A stretch of 64,000 nt of DNA, from contig CBDCXM010000009.1 of the NCBI GenBank assembly GCA_965223855.1, positions 2,784,001 to 2,848,000 on the forward strand. The letters are read 5' to 3'. This document shows, in pieces, positions 28,278 through 38,500 of the stretch (position 1 is the stretch's first letter; each line of letters opens with the position of its first letter). The position numbers and the translations under genes were made by a program. The notes beneath the pieces are model-generated. The model searched no databases and was not told the origin of the DNA. It worked only from the letters and a program-made list of their open reading frames with translations. Origin of the DNA: Candidatus Multivoradales bacterium. Lineage in GTDB: Bacteria; Acidobacteriota; Thermoanaerobaculia; Multivoradales; JAHEKO01.

Positions 28278-29279
28278 ATGTCAGAAGTACTGGATTTCGG
28301 AACGAGTTTCGACGAAGCGGCGCAGACGGTCAGCAACCTGATCTCGGACATGGCCGACCATGCCGCCACGGTGGCCGACCACAACTCGGTGATCGAAGCG
28401 GCCGAGAGTTCACTGCAGCAGGCGAAGGATCAGGCCTCTCAGATGCTCCAGGGCCTCGCCGGCGACGTCGGCAGCCAGAGCGAGGAGACCAACTCCCTGA
28501 GAGACGAGTTCGCCGGCACTGCCGATGAGCTCAAGGCGGCGGGCGACGCCGGCATGGAGGCCGTCGACGGCTTCAAGGAGGCGGTCGCCGACACCCACGA
28601 CGAGCTGTCCGACGCGGTCACCGAGACGGTGGACGAGGCGAACCAGCTCTACGAAGAGGTGCAGAGCGCAGTCTCGGACGCTGTGTCGATGACCGGCGAA
28701 ACCGCCAACCAGATGCAGGGCACGGCCGATCTGACGATGCAGACGCTCGGCGAAGTCGAGTCCTCGGTCACCGAGCTGACCGGTCGCATGGCCGACCTCG
28801 GGCAGGACACGGTCAGCAAGGCTCTCGACCTCGGCAGCAAGATCACCGACGACGTGCAGTCGCGCTTCGACGGCATGTTCGGAGATGTCACCGGCGCCCT
28901 GACGTCGGACTTCTTCGACCAGGCGGTCGCCGGCTTCGACGGCCTGTCGAGCAACCTTACCAACCTCTACGACAACTTCGAGGACGTGGTCAACGGTCTC
29001 GGCGACAACCTGATGGGACGGATGGAAGAGGTGTTCATGAACACCATCGAGCACGCCCAGGATCAGGCGGCGTCGAAGCTGGAGGAGGAGTTCAAGGAAC
29101 TCGTCAGCGACGCCGTCGAGTTTCTCGTCGCCGAGGTGGCCGAGAACCTCACCATGGCCACCGTCGGCTCGGCGACCACCGCGGCCCTCGGTCCGGCGGT
29201 GCCCGTCATCGTCGCGGCGAAGGCCGTCGTCACTCCCATCAAGACCGCCCTCGAGCTGCTCCGCAGCATGGGCCTCTGA
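28278..29279 (+). CDS. Acidic all-helical protein with hydrophobic C-terminal segment (paralog 1)
   Basis: RBS AAGGAG; no Pro until the C-terminal TMATVGSATTAALGPAVPVIVAAKAVVTPIKTALELL. Confidence 0.85.
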   Translation: MSEVLDFGTSFDEAAQTVSNLISDMADHAATVADHNSVIEAAESSLQQAKDQASQMLQGLAGDVGSQSEETNSLRDEFAGTADELKAAGDAGMEAVDGFKEAVADTHDELSDAVTETVDEANQLYEEVQSAVSDAVSMTGETANQMQGTADLTMQTLGEVESSVTELTGRMADLGQDTVSKALDLGSKITDDVQSRFDGMFGDVTGALTSDFFDQAVAGFDGLSSNLTNLYDNFEDVVNGLGDNLMGRMEEVFMNTIEHAQDQAASKLEEEFKELVSDAVEFLVAEVAENLTMATVGSATTAALGPAVPVIVAAKAVVTPIKTALELLRSMGL

Positions 29280-29303
29280 TCCGATCGCGAAAGGAACTAG
29301 ATC

Positions 29304-30230
29304 ATGCGCGATGTCATTGCACAGATTTTCGAAGCAGCCCCCAGCGCGAGTCCGCTGCTGGAGCAGGTAAACCAGGAATCAGAAGCCCTGATGGGGATCG
29401 TCGGCGAGCTGCAGGAGAACATCGGCAGTAAGCAGACGGCCCTGGCGGACGTCGCTTCCCGTCGCAACGAGAAGATGAGCGAGCTCCAGACCAAGGCGTC
29501 GGAGCAGCAGTCCCGTCTCGAGAGCGAGGTCGCGGACGTCGACGCCAAGGTCGGTGAGCTCAAGCGGGGTCTCGACGAGATCAAGGAGGGTGTCACCAGC
29601 GCCCTCGAAGCCGCCCAGCAGCAGATGGACGGCTTCCGCGGGCAGGTCGACGCCGGCCGCGAGCTCGTGTCGGGCGCCAACGAGGCGGCGCAGGCCGCCA
29701 TCTCCACGGTCCACGACCAGATCCAGGCGGGGCGCGAGTCGCTCCATCGGGCAACCGATTACGCCAACGAACAGATCGACGGCTTCCAGTCGAAGATCGA
29801 CGAGACGATGGAGTTCACCGAGAACATGGCGACCAACCTGATGGACCGCATGGAAGAAGGCATGCGGGACACGGGCGCCAAGGTCGAAGAGATGACCGGC
29901 ATGTCGTTCGAGGAGATGCACTCCGTCTTCACGAGCGGCATGGAGATGGTCCAGGGCAACGTCATCGAGAACGGCGTCAACATGGTGCTCGACGACCTCC
30001 AGGGCCGGATCGAGCAGCAGGCGAACCAGCTGATCGACCAGTTGGTCGACGAGCTCGTCGGTGCGCTCGGCAACGTTCGCGAGAGCGTTTTCGGCAACGC
30101 CGAGGACGCCGGCCTCGAGCGCAAGGCGACCGAGGCGGTTCTCGACGCACTCGAAACGGTGCTGGACCCGATGTTCAGCGCCATCGATCACATCAAGGGC
30201 ATGGCCTCGATGGTCGGTATCGACATCTGA
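29304..30230 (+). CDS. Acidic all-helical protein (paralog 2)
   Basis: RBS AAGGA; coiled-coil/amphipathic pattern; ends VLDPMFSAIDHIKGMASMVGIDI. Confidence 0.85.
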   Translation: MRDVIAQIFEAAPSASPLLEQVNQESEALMGIVGELQENIGSKQTALADVASRRNEKMSELQTKASEQQSRLESEVADVDAKVGELKRGLDEIKEGVTSALEAAQQQMDGFRGQVDAGRELVSGANEAAQAAISTVHDQIQAGRESLHRATDYANEQIDGFQSKIDETMEFTENMATNLMDRMEEGMRDTGAKVEEMTGMSFEEMHSVFTSGMEMVQGNVIENGVNMVLDDLQGRIEQQANQLIDQLVDELVGALGNVRESVFGNAEDAGLERKATEAVLDALETVLDPMFSAIDHIKGMASMVGIDI

Positions 30231-30271
30231 GCCCTGACAGACAGAGACCAACGAGGACACGGAGATAGAAC

Positions 30272-31174
30272 ATGAGCATTCTTGATGTCGTACAGCAGGC
30301 CATCAGCCAGGTCGAGAGCGATCTGGCCCAGCAGGCCGAGAATCTGGTCGGTGAGCTGCAGGACACCGGCAGCCAGGTGGAAGCCGCGGGCGGCGAAGTC
30401 GACTCACAGTGGCAGGACCTGGAGACCAAGGCTGAGTCGATGTTCGGCGCCGCCGACGATGCGATGAGTCAGATCGAGCAGGCGGGCGACGCGATGTCGA
30501 CGCGCGCCAGCGAGATCCGCTCGAACGTCGACTCGGCGATGGAGCAGGGCTCGAGTCTCTTCGAGTCGTGCCGCGGCGTCGTGGAGACGATGGACCAGGG
30601 GGTGCAGGAACTGATCCCCGACTGCGACAGCGTCATGGCGATGGTCGACGAGACCGTCAACACGCTGGCCAGTGAGATCGAGAGCCTCGACCAGGCGCTC
30701 GAGTCCACACGCGTGATCACCGACAACCACCTGCACGCCCCCTTCCAGGGACTGGTGGACGAGGTGAAGACCGAGATCTTCAACCGCGCCAGCGAGCTCG
30801 GTGGGTACGTCGACAGCGACTTCCTCACCACCGCGGCCGACGAGATCAGCCAGTTCAAGAGCCACGTCGACGAGGTGGTCACCAACGCCACCGACAAGCT
30901 CGAGGAGGTGCGCAGCACCGCCGAGAGCGAAGGTTCCAACGCGATGGAGCAGATGGGTTCGATGTTCGGCGAGCAGTTCGGCTCGCTCATCGGCACCGTC
31001 GAGACGATCGCCAACTTCATGACGCAGGTCGGCGGCATGATGGAGACGGCCGGTACGATGATCGGCACGACCACCTCGGTGATGAGTGCCGGAGCCGGTA
31101 CCACCGCGATCGGCGCCAAGGCTGCGATCGGGATCATCGAGGACATCGTCGAGATCTTCGAGAGCGTCACCTGA
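30272..31174 (+). CDS. Acidic all-helical protein with Gly/Thr/Met-rich hydrophobic C-terminus (paralog 3)
   Basis: RBS GGAG; ends VGGMMETAGTMIGTTTSVMSAGAGTTAIGAKAAIGIIEDIVEIFESVT. Confidence 0.85.
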   Translation: MSILDVVQQAISQVESDLAQQAENLVGELQDTGSQVEAAGGEVDSQWQDLETKAESMFGAADDAMSQIEQAGDAMSTRASEIRSNVDSAMEQGSSLFESCRGVVETMDQGVQELIPDCDSVMAMVDETVNTLASEIESLDQALESTRVITDNHLHAPFQGLVDEVKTEIFNRASELGGYVDSDFLTTAADEISQFKSHVDEVVTNATDKLEEVRSTAESEGSNAMEQMGSMFGEQFGSLIGTVETIANFMTQVGGMMETAGTMIGTTTSVMSAGAGTTAIGAKAAIGIIEDIVEIFESVT

Positions 31175-31312
31175 TCCGGTCGGTCCTTCCCATGAGGTGA
31201 GTCTCCGGGCGCGAGCTTCAGGTCGGTCCAGCCGACCGGGGGTTCGCGCCCGGCTTTGTCTCGACCACGACCGCGCGAGCGACCGAGAAGAGGAAGCGAG
31301 GAGAGGGGGAGC

Positions 31313-31970
31313 ATGAGCATTCTGGACGAGGTCGGAAAGGCGATCAGCCACGTCGAGGGCGACCTCGCCGAGCAGGCGATGGCGGCGAAGGACGAAAGGG
31401 TCGACGCGGTCCTGAAGATGACCAACGCGATCTTCGAGATCGACACGCAGTGGGAGGAGGTAAAGACGACGGGCGAGTCGATGTTCGGCGCCGCGGACCG
31501 TGCGATGGGCTGGATCGAGCAGGTGGGAGGCAAACTGTCCAGCCATGCGAACGAGGTCCGTTCGGGCATCGACGGCGCCATGGAGCAGGGCTCGAGCCTC
31601 TTCGAGTCGTGCCGCGGCGTCGTCGAGGCGCTCGACCACGGTGTGCAGGAGCTGATCCCCGATTGCGAAGGGGTGATGGGCAAGGTCGGCGAGATCGACT
31701 ACCTGAGCGATCGACTCGAGAAGACGCGCGCCTACACCGACAACCACCTTCACACGCCCTTCCAGGGAGTGGTGGACGACCAACGACTTCCTCACCACCG
31801 CGGCCGAGGAGAGCCAGTTCAAGAGCCACGTCGAGAACGTCGGCGCCGGTAACGAGAACCGGTCGCCTGACGAACGCGCCCGAATCGGTCTGTTCGGGGC
31901 GAAGGCCGCTATCGGCATCATCGAAGACATCGTCGAGATCTTCGAAAGTGCGTCTGATCGGCGCCGGTAA
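31313..31970 (+). pseudogene. Shortened duplicate of paralog 3, one +1 frameshift near 31780 (pseudogene or sequencing error)
   Basis: MSILDEV...AMEQGSSLFESCRGVVE near-identical to 30272-31174. After the shift it reads NDFLTTAAEESQFKSHV...GAKAAIGIIEDIVEIFES to TAA 31970. Confidence 0.75.
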
Positions 31971-31985
31971 CGGAACCGGTCGCCT
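31840..31985. repeat. Direct repeat of a ~28-bp hairpin element (31840-31868 and 31958-31985)
   Basis: TCGGCGCCGGTAACG(A)GAACCGGTCGCCT twice; each copy is an imperfect inverted repeat GGCG-CCGGT / ACCGG-T-CGCC. Confidence 0.75.
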
Positions 31986-32106
31986 CGCGCCCAAGTCTGT
32001 TGTAGCTATGGGACTTTGCCACCGAATCGTCAAAGGTCGGCGGGGTCCCCTGCTACAGTAGCGAGTTCAGGCTCAACGACCGACTTGGACCCTGGAGGAC
32101 CCGCCG

Positions 32107-33006
32107 ATGGCATCTCGCGCGAAGTTTCTGGAAGCGTTGACGATCGCGACACTGGTCGCCTTCGTGGGCGCCGCCGCCGCGTGGGGGCAGAGTTCCCCAC
32201 CGCCCAAACCGAAGACGAAGTCGACGACCCAGACTCAGTCCAAGGCGCCCCCGCCGAAGCCGAAGCGGGTCGGTCCGACGCCGGTCTACGTGCCTCCTGC
32301 GGTACTCATCCTGTCCGCCGACATGGACTGCGCGGTCGAACTCGACGGCGAGGAGCTGCTGCTGCTGCGCAAAGACGACGTTCAGGAGGTACCGAAGCTC
32401 CCGTCGGGCGAGCACCTGTTGCAGGCCTACCCGCTCGGCATCGAGGACGGACCCACCTGGAAGCAGTCGATCAAGATCCCCGAGACCGGAACCGTCGTGG
32501 CGACGATCGAGCTCAAGGAGCTGGTCGCCGAATGGGAGGAGGAGACCGAGAACGTCGATCGCTTCCAGGAGCGCGACAAGACGGTGTACGACAAGGACAC
32601 CGGCTTCATCTGGACCCGCTCGGTGTCGCCCGAGATGCGCTGGACCGACGCGGTCGGCTACTGCCAGCGCCAGCAGCCCGACGGCGTAGGGGGCTGGACG
32701 CTGCCGTCGCTCGACGACCTGTCGAAGCTCCACTATCCGGACCATCCCTCTCCAAGGCAGGAGACGGCACGTTCCGAGGGGGGCCGCAGTCTGCTCGGGA
32801 TCAAGCGTCGCGGAGAGATGCAGGTCCTCCCGAGGCTCATCTTCGAGGTCTTCGACCACAACTCCGTCTCCTCGCTCTGGGTGAAGGGGTCGGACGATCG
32901 TGTGAGTTGCAGCTTCCTCGGTGAGTTCAACTGCCGCATCGAATCGAAGAAGCACACCGGGTCGGTGTTCTGCGTGCGGCCCGCACAGGAAGGACTGGAC
33001 TTTTGA
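32107..33006 (+). CDS. Secreted protein with PEGA-like domain and DUF1566 (Lcl C-terminal-like) domain
   Basis: Signal peptide ending AWG; DRFQ..TVYDKDTGFIWT...MRWTDAVGYC...GWTLPSLDDL...VFCVR. Confidence 0.8.
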   Translation: MASRAKFLEALTIATLVAFVGAAAAWGQSSPPPKPKTKSTTQTQSKAPPPKPKRVGPTPVYVPPAVLILSADMDCAVELDGEELLLLRKDDVQEVPKLPSGEHLLQAYPLGIEDGPTWKQSIKIPETGTVVATIELKELVAEWEEETENVDRFQERDKTVYDKDTGFIWTRSVSPEMRWTDAVGYCQRQQPDGVGGWTLPSLDDLSKLHYPDHPSPRQETARSEGGRSLLGIKRRGEMQVLPRLIFEVFDHNSVSSLWVKGSDDRVSCSFLGEFNCRIESKKHTGSVFCVRPAQEGLDF

Positions 33007-33536
33007 GCGACGCCGGACTCCCGAAGATCACCATGATGATCTCGTTCGTCGCGATCCTGTTCGCCGGCGCTCTGGCGTACGTGATCATGACCTGGGCGGA
33101 CGCCAACGCCGCGAAGGCGGAGGCACAGCTGATCATCGACGACGAGGTGCTGGTCCAGGAGGAACAGGTCGCCGGCGAACTGAAGGTGTTCGAGGACCAG
33201 CTCGCGGCGCTCAAGGAGCGGGCCGGCGTGCTGGTGCGCGGCAAGATGGCGGTCTGCAACAACTCGACGGGGACGATCACCGTGTCGCTGCTGGCCGCGA
33301 CCTACCTCAACGATGCCGGCGAGTTCGAAACCTTCAACAGTGAGGGGTTCGGCCGCCAGTTGTGGCGCATCCCCGCCGGCGAGAAGCAGCTCCTGACCTA
33401 CTCTCAGGGCTCCACGAACTGGGACGGCGACGTCGGGTACTACTCGATGTGGCTGGAAGCAGGCGGGCAGGAGTACCCGTTCGCCGGCACCTGGCCCTCC
33501 GATTCCGAGTACTGCGTGCGCTGGACGGGTGCCTGA
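33003..33536 (+). CDS. Membrane-anchored protein: TM, short coiled coil, outer beta domain (DUF1036-like)
   Basis: TM ISFVAILFAGALAYVIM; MAVCNNS...TY..D.GEFETF.S....W.IPAG.....Y.....WDG....Y shared with the C-terminus of the next gene. Confidence 0.75.
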   Translation: MSDAGLPKITMMISFVAILFAGALAYVIMTWADANAAKAEAQLIIDDEVLVQEEQVAGELKVFEDQLAALKERAGVLVRGKMAVCNNSTGTITVSLLAATYLNDAGEFETFNSEGFGRQLWRIPAGEKQLLTYSQGSTNWDGDVGYYSMWLEAGGQEYPFAGTWPSDSEYCVRWTGA

Positions 33537-35445
33537 GGTGGCGGCTTTCAAGTACGCCTTCGACCGTGGTGGCACTCCGGTCGAGCTCAAGCCGGGCGAG
33601 ACGCTGATCGGTAGCGATCAGGACTGCGCGATTCGCATCGAGGGGACCGAGGCCGTGCAGGCTTCCGTCCGGATCGAGGGCGACGAGGTTTCGATCGAGA
33701 GCCGAGGCACCCAGGAGGACATCCGCATCAACGATCTCCCGGCGCGTGTCGCCGAGCTGTCGCCCGGCGACGACGTTCGCTTCGGAGAAGCCCGCCTGAC
33801 GCTCGAGAAGGGAGATTCGGGGCTCACGCTCAGCGGACCGGCGGGGAGCTTCCCACTCTCCGACGGGGAGAATCCGGTCGGACGCTCGCCCGAGGGCAAG
33901 GTCGTGCTCAACGACGGCTCGGTCAGCCGCGATCACGCGATCATCGTGGTGCTTCCGGGCCTGCGGGTGCTGATGCGGGATCTGAGGTCCTCGAACGGCA
34001 CCTTCGTCGGGGACCGCCGGTTGGGCGAGGCTCAGCTCAAGACCGGAGACACGGTGGAAATCGGCAAGGAGAAGCTGACCTTCGTCGCGACCCAGTTGCC
34101 GGGGGCCGCCGCCCAGCCGGCCGCGTCCTCGGGACCGAAGGAGTTCAAGCTCCTCGTCGGTACGGAGCTCAGGCCGCTGTCGCCCGGCCGCTACTCGATC
34201 GGCCGCTCGGCCGACCGGGACATCACGGTTGAGGACAACGAGGTCAGCGGCAATCATGCCGAGATCGTCGTCACCGCCGATGCCGCTCGCCTGCGCGACG
34301 TCGGGTCGAGCAACGGCACCCGTGTCAACGGACAGCAGATCTCGGGCGAAGTCGTCCTCAAGGACGGGGACACGATCTCGATGGGCCGCTCGGACCTCAT
34401 GTTCACGGCGCCGGTGGGCGACGCCGGTCTCGACAAGACGGTGCTCTCCGGCTCCCTGCCCGACCTCGGCAAGACGGTGGTCTCGGGAGGGGCGGGAGCC
34501 CCCGCGATGCCGCCGCCGCCGGCGAAGGCGACGCCGGATTCGCCGCTCGCGCTTCTCGATCTTCAGCCGGGAGCGTCGCAGGAGGCGATTCAGAAGAAGT
34601 TCCAGGAGCTCTACTCCGAGTACCAGATCCGGCTGACCAACGCCCCGACTCCTGATCTCAAGAACAAGTTCCAGCAGAAGCTCGAGGAGCTCCAGGCGGC
34701 CAGGGACAAGCTGATCGCGCCGGCCGCCGCAGGCGGCCTCGACCTGCCGGCGGCCGAGCCCGTTCACGGTAGCGCGGCTCCAGAGCCGCCGCCGGCGCCC
34801 GAGCCGGCTCCTGAGCCGGCGCCGCCGGCCGCGTCGAAGGGGCGCAAGAAGAAGGCGAAGCCGAAGAAGGCGGCAGCCGCCAAGGCGCCGAAGCAGGCCC
34901 CTGCCGAGCCCGGAGAGCGTTTCCCGGCTTCGGCGAAGGTCATGGCGGTGATCAGCCTGGTCGCCATTCTCGCGACGGCGGGACTGTGGGTCTTCAGTCG
35001 CTCGGCGATCACCGCCTCCGCCGACAAGGTGCAGGAGCTGGCGGATCTCCAGGCCAGTATCGTCGCCATGCAGGAGCGCATCCCGCAGGCCGAGCAGGAG
35101 ATCCTCGAGCTCCAGGAAGGGAAGATGTCGCTGCTCGAGAACAGCGAGTTCAAGATCTGCAACCTGTCGTCGGCGAGCGTGTGGGTCGTCTGGCTGCATT
35201 CGACCTATGTCAGCGACGACGGCAAGTTCCAGAGCTTCGACAGCGCCTTCTTCGACTATGAGACGTGGGAAGTGCCGGCCGGCGGCACGGTGAAGTTCGG
35301 CTACGTCAAGGACGACCAGGTCGTGTGGGACGGTTCGACCGTCTTCTTCACGGTCCTGATGCAGTACCGGGGCAAAGAGATCTTCCGCTCAGGAGCCTGG
35401 AGCGGGATCGGTAGCGACTGCTACAACCTCGCGCTCGACAACTGA
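33529..35445 (+). CDS. 3x FHA - J-like domain - Pro/Lys linker - TM - coiled coil - outer beta domain
   Basis: FHA motifs GRS..SRDHA..SSNGT and GRS..SGNHA..SSNGT (first FHA degenerate); PLALLDLQPGASQEAIQKKFQEL...KLEELQAARDKL; TM VMAVISLVAILATAGLWVF. Confidence 0.85.
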   Translation: MPEVAAFKYAFDRGGTPVELKPGETLIGSDQDCAIRIEGTEAVQASVRIEGDEVSIESRGTQEDIRINDLPARVAELSPGDDVRFGEARLTLEKGDSGLTLSGPAGSFPLSDGENPVGRSPEGKVVLNDGSVSRDHAIIVVLPGLRVLMRDLRSSNGTFVGDRRLGEAQLKTGDTVEIGKEKLTFVATQLPGAAAQPAASSGPKEFKLLVGTELRPLSPGRYSIGRSADRDITVEDNEVSGNHAEIVVTADAARLRDVGSSNGTRVNGQQISGEVVLKDGDTISMGRSDLMFTAPVGDAGLDKTVLSGSLPDLGKTVVSGGAGAPAMPPPPAKATPDSPLALLDLQPGASQEAIQKKFQELYSEYQIRLTNAPTPDLKNKFQQKLEELQAARDKLIAPAAAGGLDLPAAEPVHGSAAPEPPPAPEPAPEPAPPAASKGRKKKAKPKKAAAAKAPKQAPAEPGERFPASAKVMAVISLVAILATAGLWVFSRSAITASADKVQELADLQASIVAMQERIPQAEQEILELQEGKMSLLENSEFKICNLSSASVWVVWLHSTYVSDDGKFQSFDSAFFDYETWEVPAGGTVKFGYVKDDQVVWDGSTVFFTVLMQYRGKEIFRSGAWSGIGSDCYNLALDN

Positions 35446-35554
35446 TCGAGCGCGAAGCACGGTGACGGCGGGCGGAAGCTCGCACAACCGCAGATGCGCC
35501 ACAGTGGATGTAACGGGCGCCCATTCCGGGCGCCGGTATCGGCGTGGGGGAATC

Positions 35555-38500
35555 ATGAGGAACCTGTTTTCGTGCTCTGCAAGCGTGGGTTTGTGGACGT
35601 GTTCGTTCCTGGCACTGCTGCTGGTCGGTAGTGCACCGGCGGCTGCGGGTGAGTTCTTCTTCGTGTCGAACCCGAGCGTCGCCGAGGGCGACAGCGGCTC
35701 GGTCGATGCCGTCTTCACCGTGTCTCTCCTTCCACCCCGGCTCGAGGGGTGCGGGATCGAGAGCTTCCGCTACGCGACGGTGGACGTGACGGCCACGGCC
35801 GGCATCGACTACGGCGCGACGTCGGGCGCATTCACTCTCGACGGCTGTGATCCGGACACGCCGATCGACATTCCGGTGCCGGTCTTCGGAGACGTCGTCG
35901 ACGAGGGGGTGAGCGAGACCTTCCTCTTCAGGGTCACGTACGTCGAGACAGGGACCGAATTCGACGGTACGGGGACGATCGTCGACGACGATGCCGCAAC
36001 GATCTCGATCGCGGACAGCTTTCTCACCGAGGGAGACAACGGCACGCGGGACATGGTCTTCACGGTGTCGATGACCTCACCGTTCGATCTCGATGTCCCC
36101 ATCGATTTCGCGACCGCGGACGGAACGGCGACGGCGCCGGCGGACTACCGCGCAACCTCGGGTCGAATCATTCTGGCGTCGGGAGCGACGAGCGTCGACA
36201 TCGTGATTCCGGTCGAGGGAGAGCTGTTGGTCGAGGCTGACGAAACCTTCGCCGTCGACATCGCCCTCGGCCCGGGCGGTCCATTCCCACCGATCGTCGA
36301 TGCCCAGGGGATCGGGACGATCGTCGACGACGATTCGGTCGAGGTCTCGATCGCCGACACCACTGTGGTGGAGGGGGACAGTGGAACGACCGACGCCCTC
36401 TTCACGGTCTCCCTCTCGGGCCTGTCGGCGGAGTCGGTCTTCGTCGACTATCGGACCTCGAACGGTACCGGAAAGGCCGCCAGCGACTACCGCGCCACCT
36501 CGGGACGGATCTCGATCGCCCCCGGCGACTCGTCGGCGACGATCTCGGTGCCGGTCTTCGGCGATCTCGAGCCGGAGGGGGACGAGAGCTTCTTCGTCGA
36601 TCTGAGCGGCGCCGTCGGTGCATCGCTCGCCCGGACGAGGGGGGTAGCGACGATCGTCGATGATGACGGCGGCTCCATTCTCTCGCTGCTCGCCCCCGGG
36701 ACCGTTTCCGAGGGTGGCGGAGCGGCGACTCTCGTCGTCGAGCGGACGGGAGATCTCACTCAGGCCGCTTCGGTGGTCGTCGATGCGGCCGCCGGAACGG
36801 CCACCGCCGGCCAGGACTTCACGGCCACGACCGAGACGCTCGTCTGGGGAGCCGGGGTTGGAGGGACCCGAACGCTCGAGTTGCCGATTCTCGACGACAA
36901 CGAGATCGAGGGGAGCGAGTCCGTGGTGGTCACGCTCTCACAGCCGGCCGGAGCGGCCCTCGGAACCTCGACGGGCGAGCTGACGATCAACGACGACGAC
37001 GAGCCGCAGCAGGTCCAGATCGTCGGCGATCCGGTGCAGGTGACGACGGTGGAGGAGACGGCCGAGCTCACGGTCCGGGTTCTCGATACGGCCGGCGAGC
37101 CGATCCAGGGAGCGACGGTGGAATGGTCGGTCGATGGCGACGCGAGGCTCCTGGGCGAGCCGGTCGATGCGACCGACTCCCAGGGGGAGAGTCGCCAGTC
37201 GGTCGAGCTCGGAGAGGTCCCGGGCCGGGTCGTGGTGACCGCCACTCTGACCTCGACCGGACAGTCGATCCAGTTCGATCTGACGGCCGAGGGAAACCTC
37301 AGAAGGCTCTTTCCGTCGAGCGGCCTTCCGACCGGCGAAGCGTCGGTGGCAGGAGTTCTCGATCTGGCCTGTATCGATGCGACCGGGCAGTTCGGCAGCT
37401 TCTGCGACTACCTCTTCACGTTGCCGGGCCCGGGCGACCAGCTGGCGGTACTCGGTGAGGTGACACCCGAAGAGACGCCGGCGCAGGCGACGATCAGCAT
37501 GGAGTCGGCACAGACTCAGCTCGGCAACATCACCGCGCGCCTCAAGGCCCTTCACGGCGCGGGCACGCGGCAGGCGATCGACCAGTTGGCGCTGACGATC
37601 AACGGCCGTTCGGTGCCGTGGCAGGCGATCGTCGCGGCGATGGCTCCGGCGAAGGAGTTCGAGCTTCCGGACTTTGCGGCCGAGCTGGCGCCGCAGGACG
37701 ATGCCGGGGACTCCGGAGCGGCCACGGGGCCGATCGACGTCGATGCCGACGCCGCGCCCAGGCTCGGGTTCTTCGTCAACGGCAGGATCTCCATGGGCTC
37801 GCGCGACGAGACGTCCTCGGAAGAAGGCTTCGACGTGGACTCGAGCGGGATCACCACGGGGATCGACTATCGGGTCAGCGATCGGTTCATCGTCGGCGGA
37901 GCGCTCGGCTTCCTGGACACCGACCTCGAACTGGTTCGCGACGGCGGAGCGCTCGACGCCGAGGGGTACTCGCTGGCGGTCTACTCGACCTACTTCCGCG
38001 ACCGCTTCTACCTCGACACGATCGCCGCCATCGGGCGCAACGACTACGAGATCTCACGCCATGTCGACCTCGGGATCCCCTTCCAGGGGAGGAATCGCTG
38101 GATCTCCCGGGCCACTCCTTCGAGCGATCAGCTTTCGCTCGCTCTGTCGAGCGGTTTCGACCGCGTCGTCGGAGCGAGCACCGTCTCGCTGTTCGCCGGC
38201 GCTTCGTACGTCGAGGCGCAGATCGACGAGTACCGCGAGTCCGGCGGCGGGCCGTTCGACCTCATCCTTCGGCAGCAGGACGTGACTTCGCTTCTTTCCT
38301 CCGGGGGCCTCGAGTGGAACTACGCCTCGAGCCGCGACTGGGGGATCCTGCAGCCGACGGTACGGGCAACCTACCTCCACGAGTTCGATGACGACTCACG
38401 GCTGATTCGTGGCCGCTTCGTCGGCGACGTGACCGCCGGTGAGTTCGTGCTGGCGACCGACACCCCGGACAGGGACTACTTCAACCTCGGCGCTGGACTC

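Noticed and set aside
28278-31174. Methyl-accepting chemotaxis proteins, canonical WXG100 proteins or Reb proteins
   Set aside because: No MCP hairpin motif (LLALNAAIEAARAG), no central WxG, about three times longer than WXG100 or Reb, and no FtsK-like T7SS ATPase nearby
30272-31970. Duplicate pair as a DGR TR/VR pair
   Set aside because: Differences involve all bases plus large indels, consistent with ordinary gene duplication
32107-33006. Diversity-generating retroelement target (DUF1566/C-lectin-like)
   Set aside because: No reverse transcriptase and no template repeat with adenine-specific mismatches seen in the window
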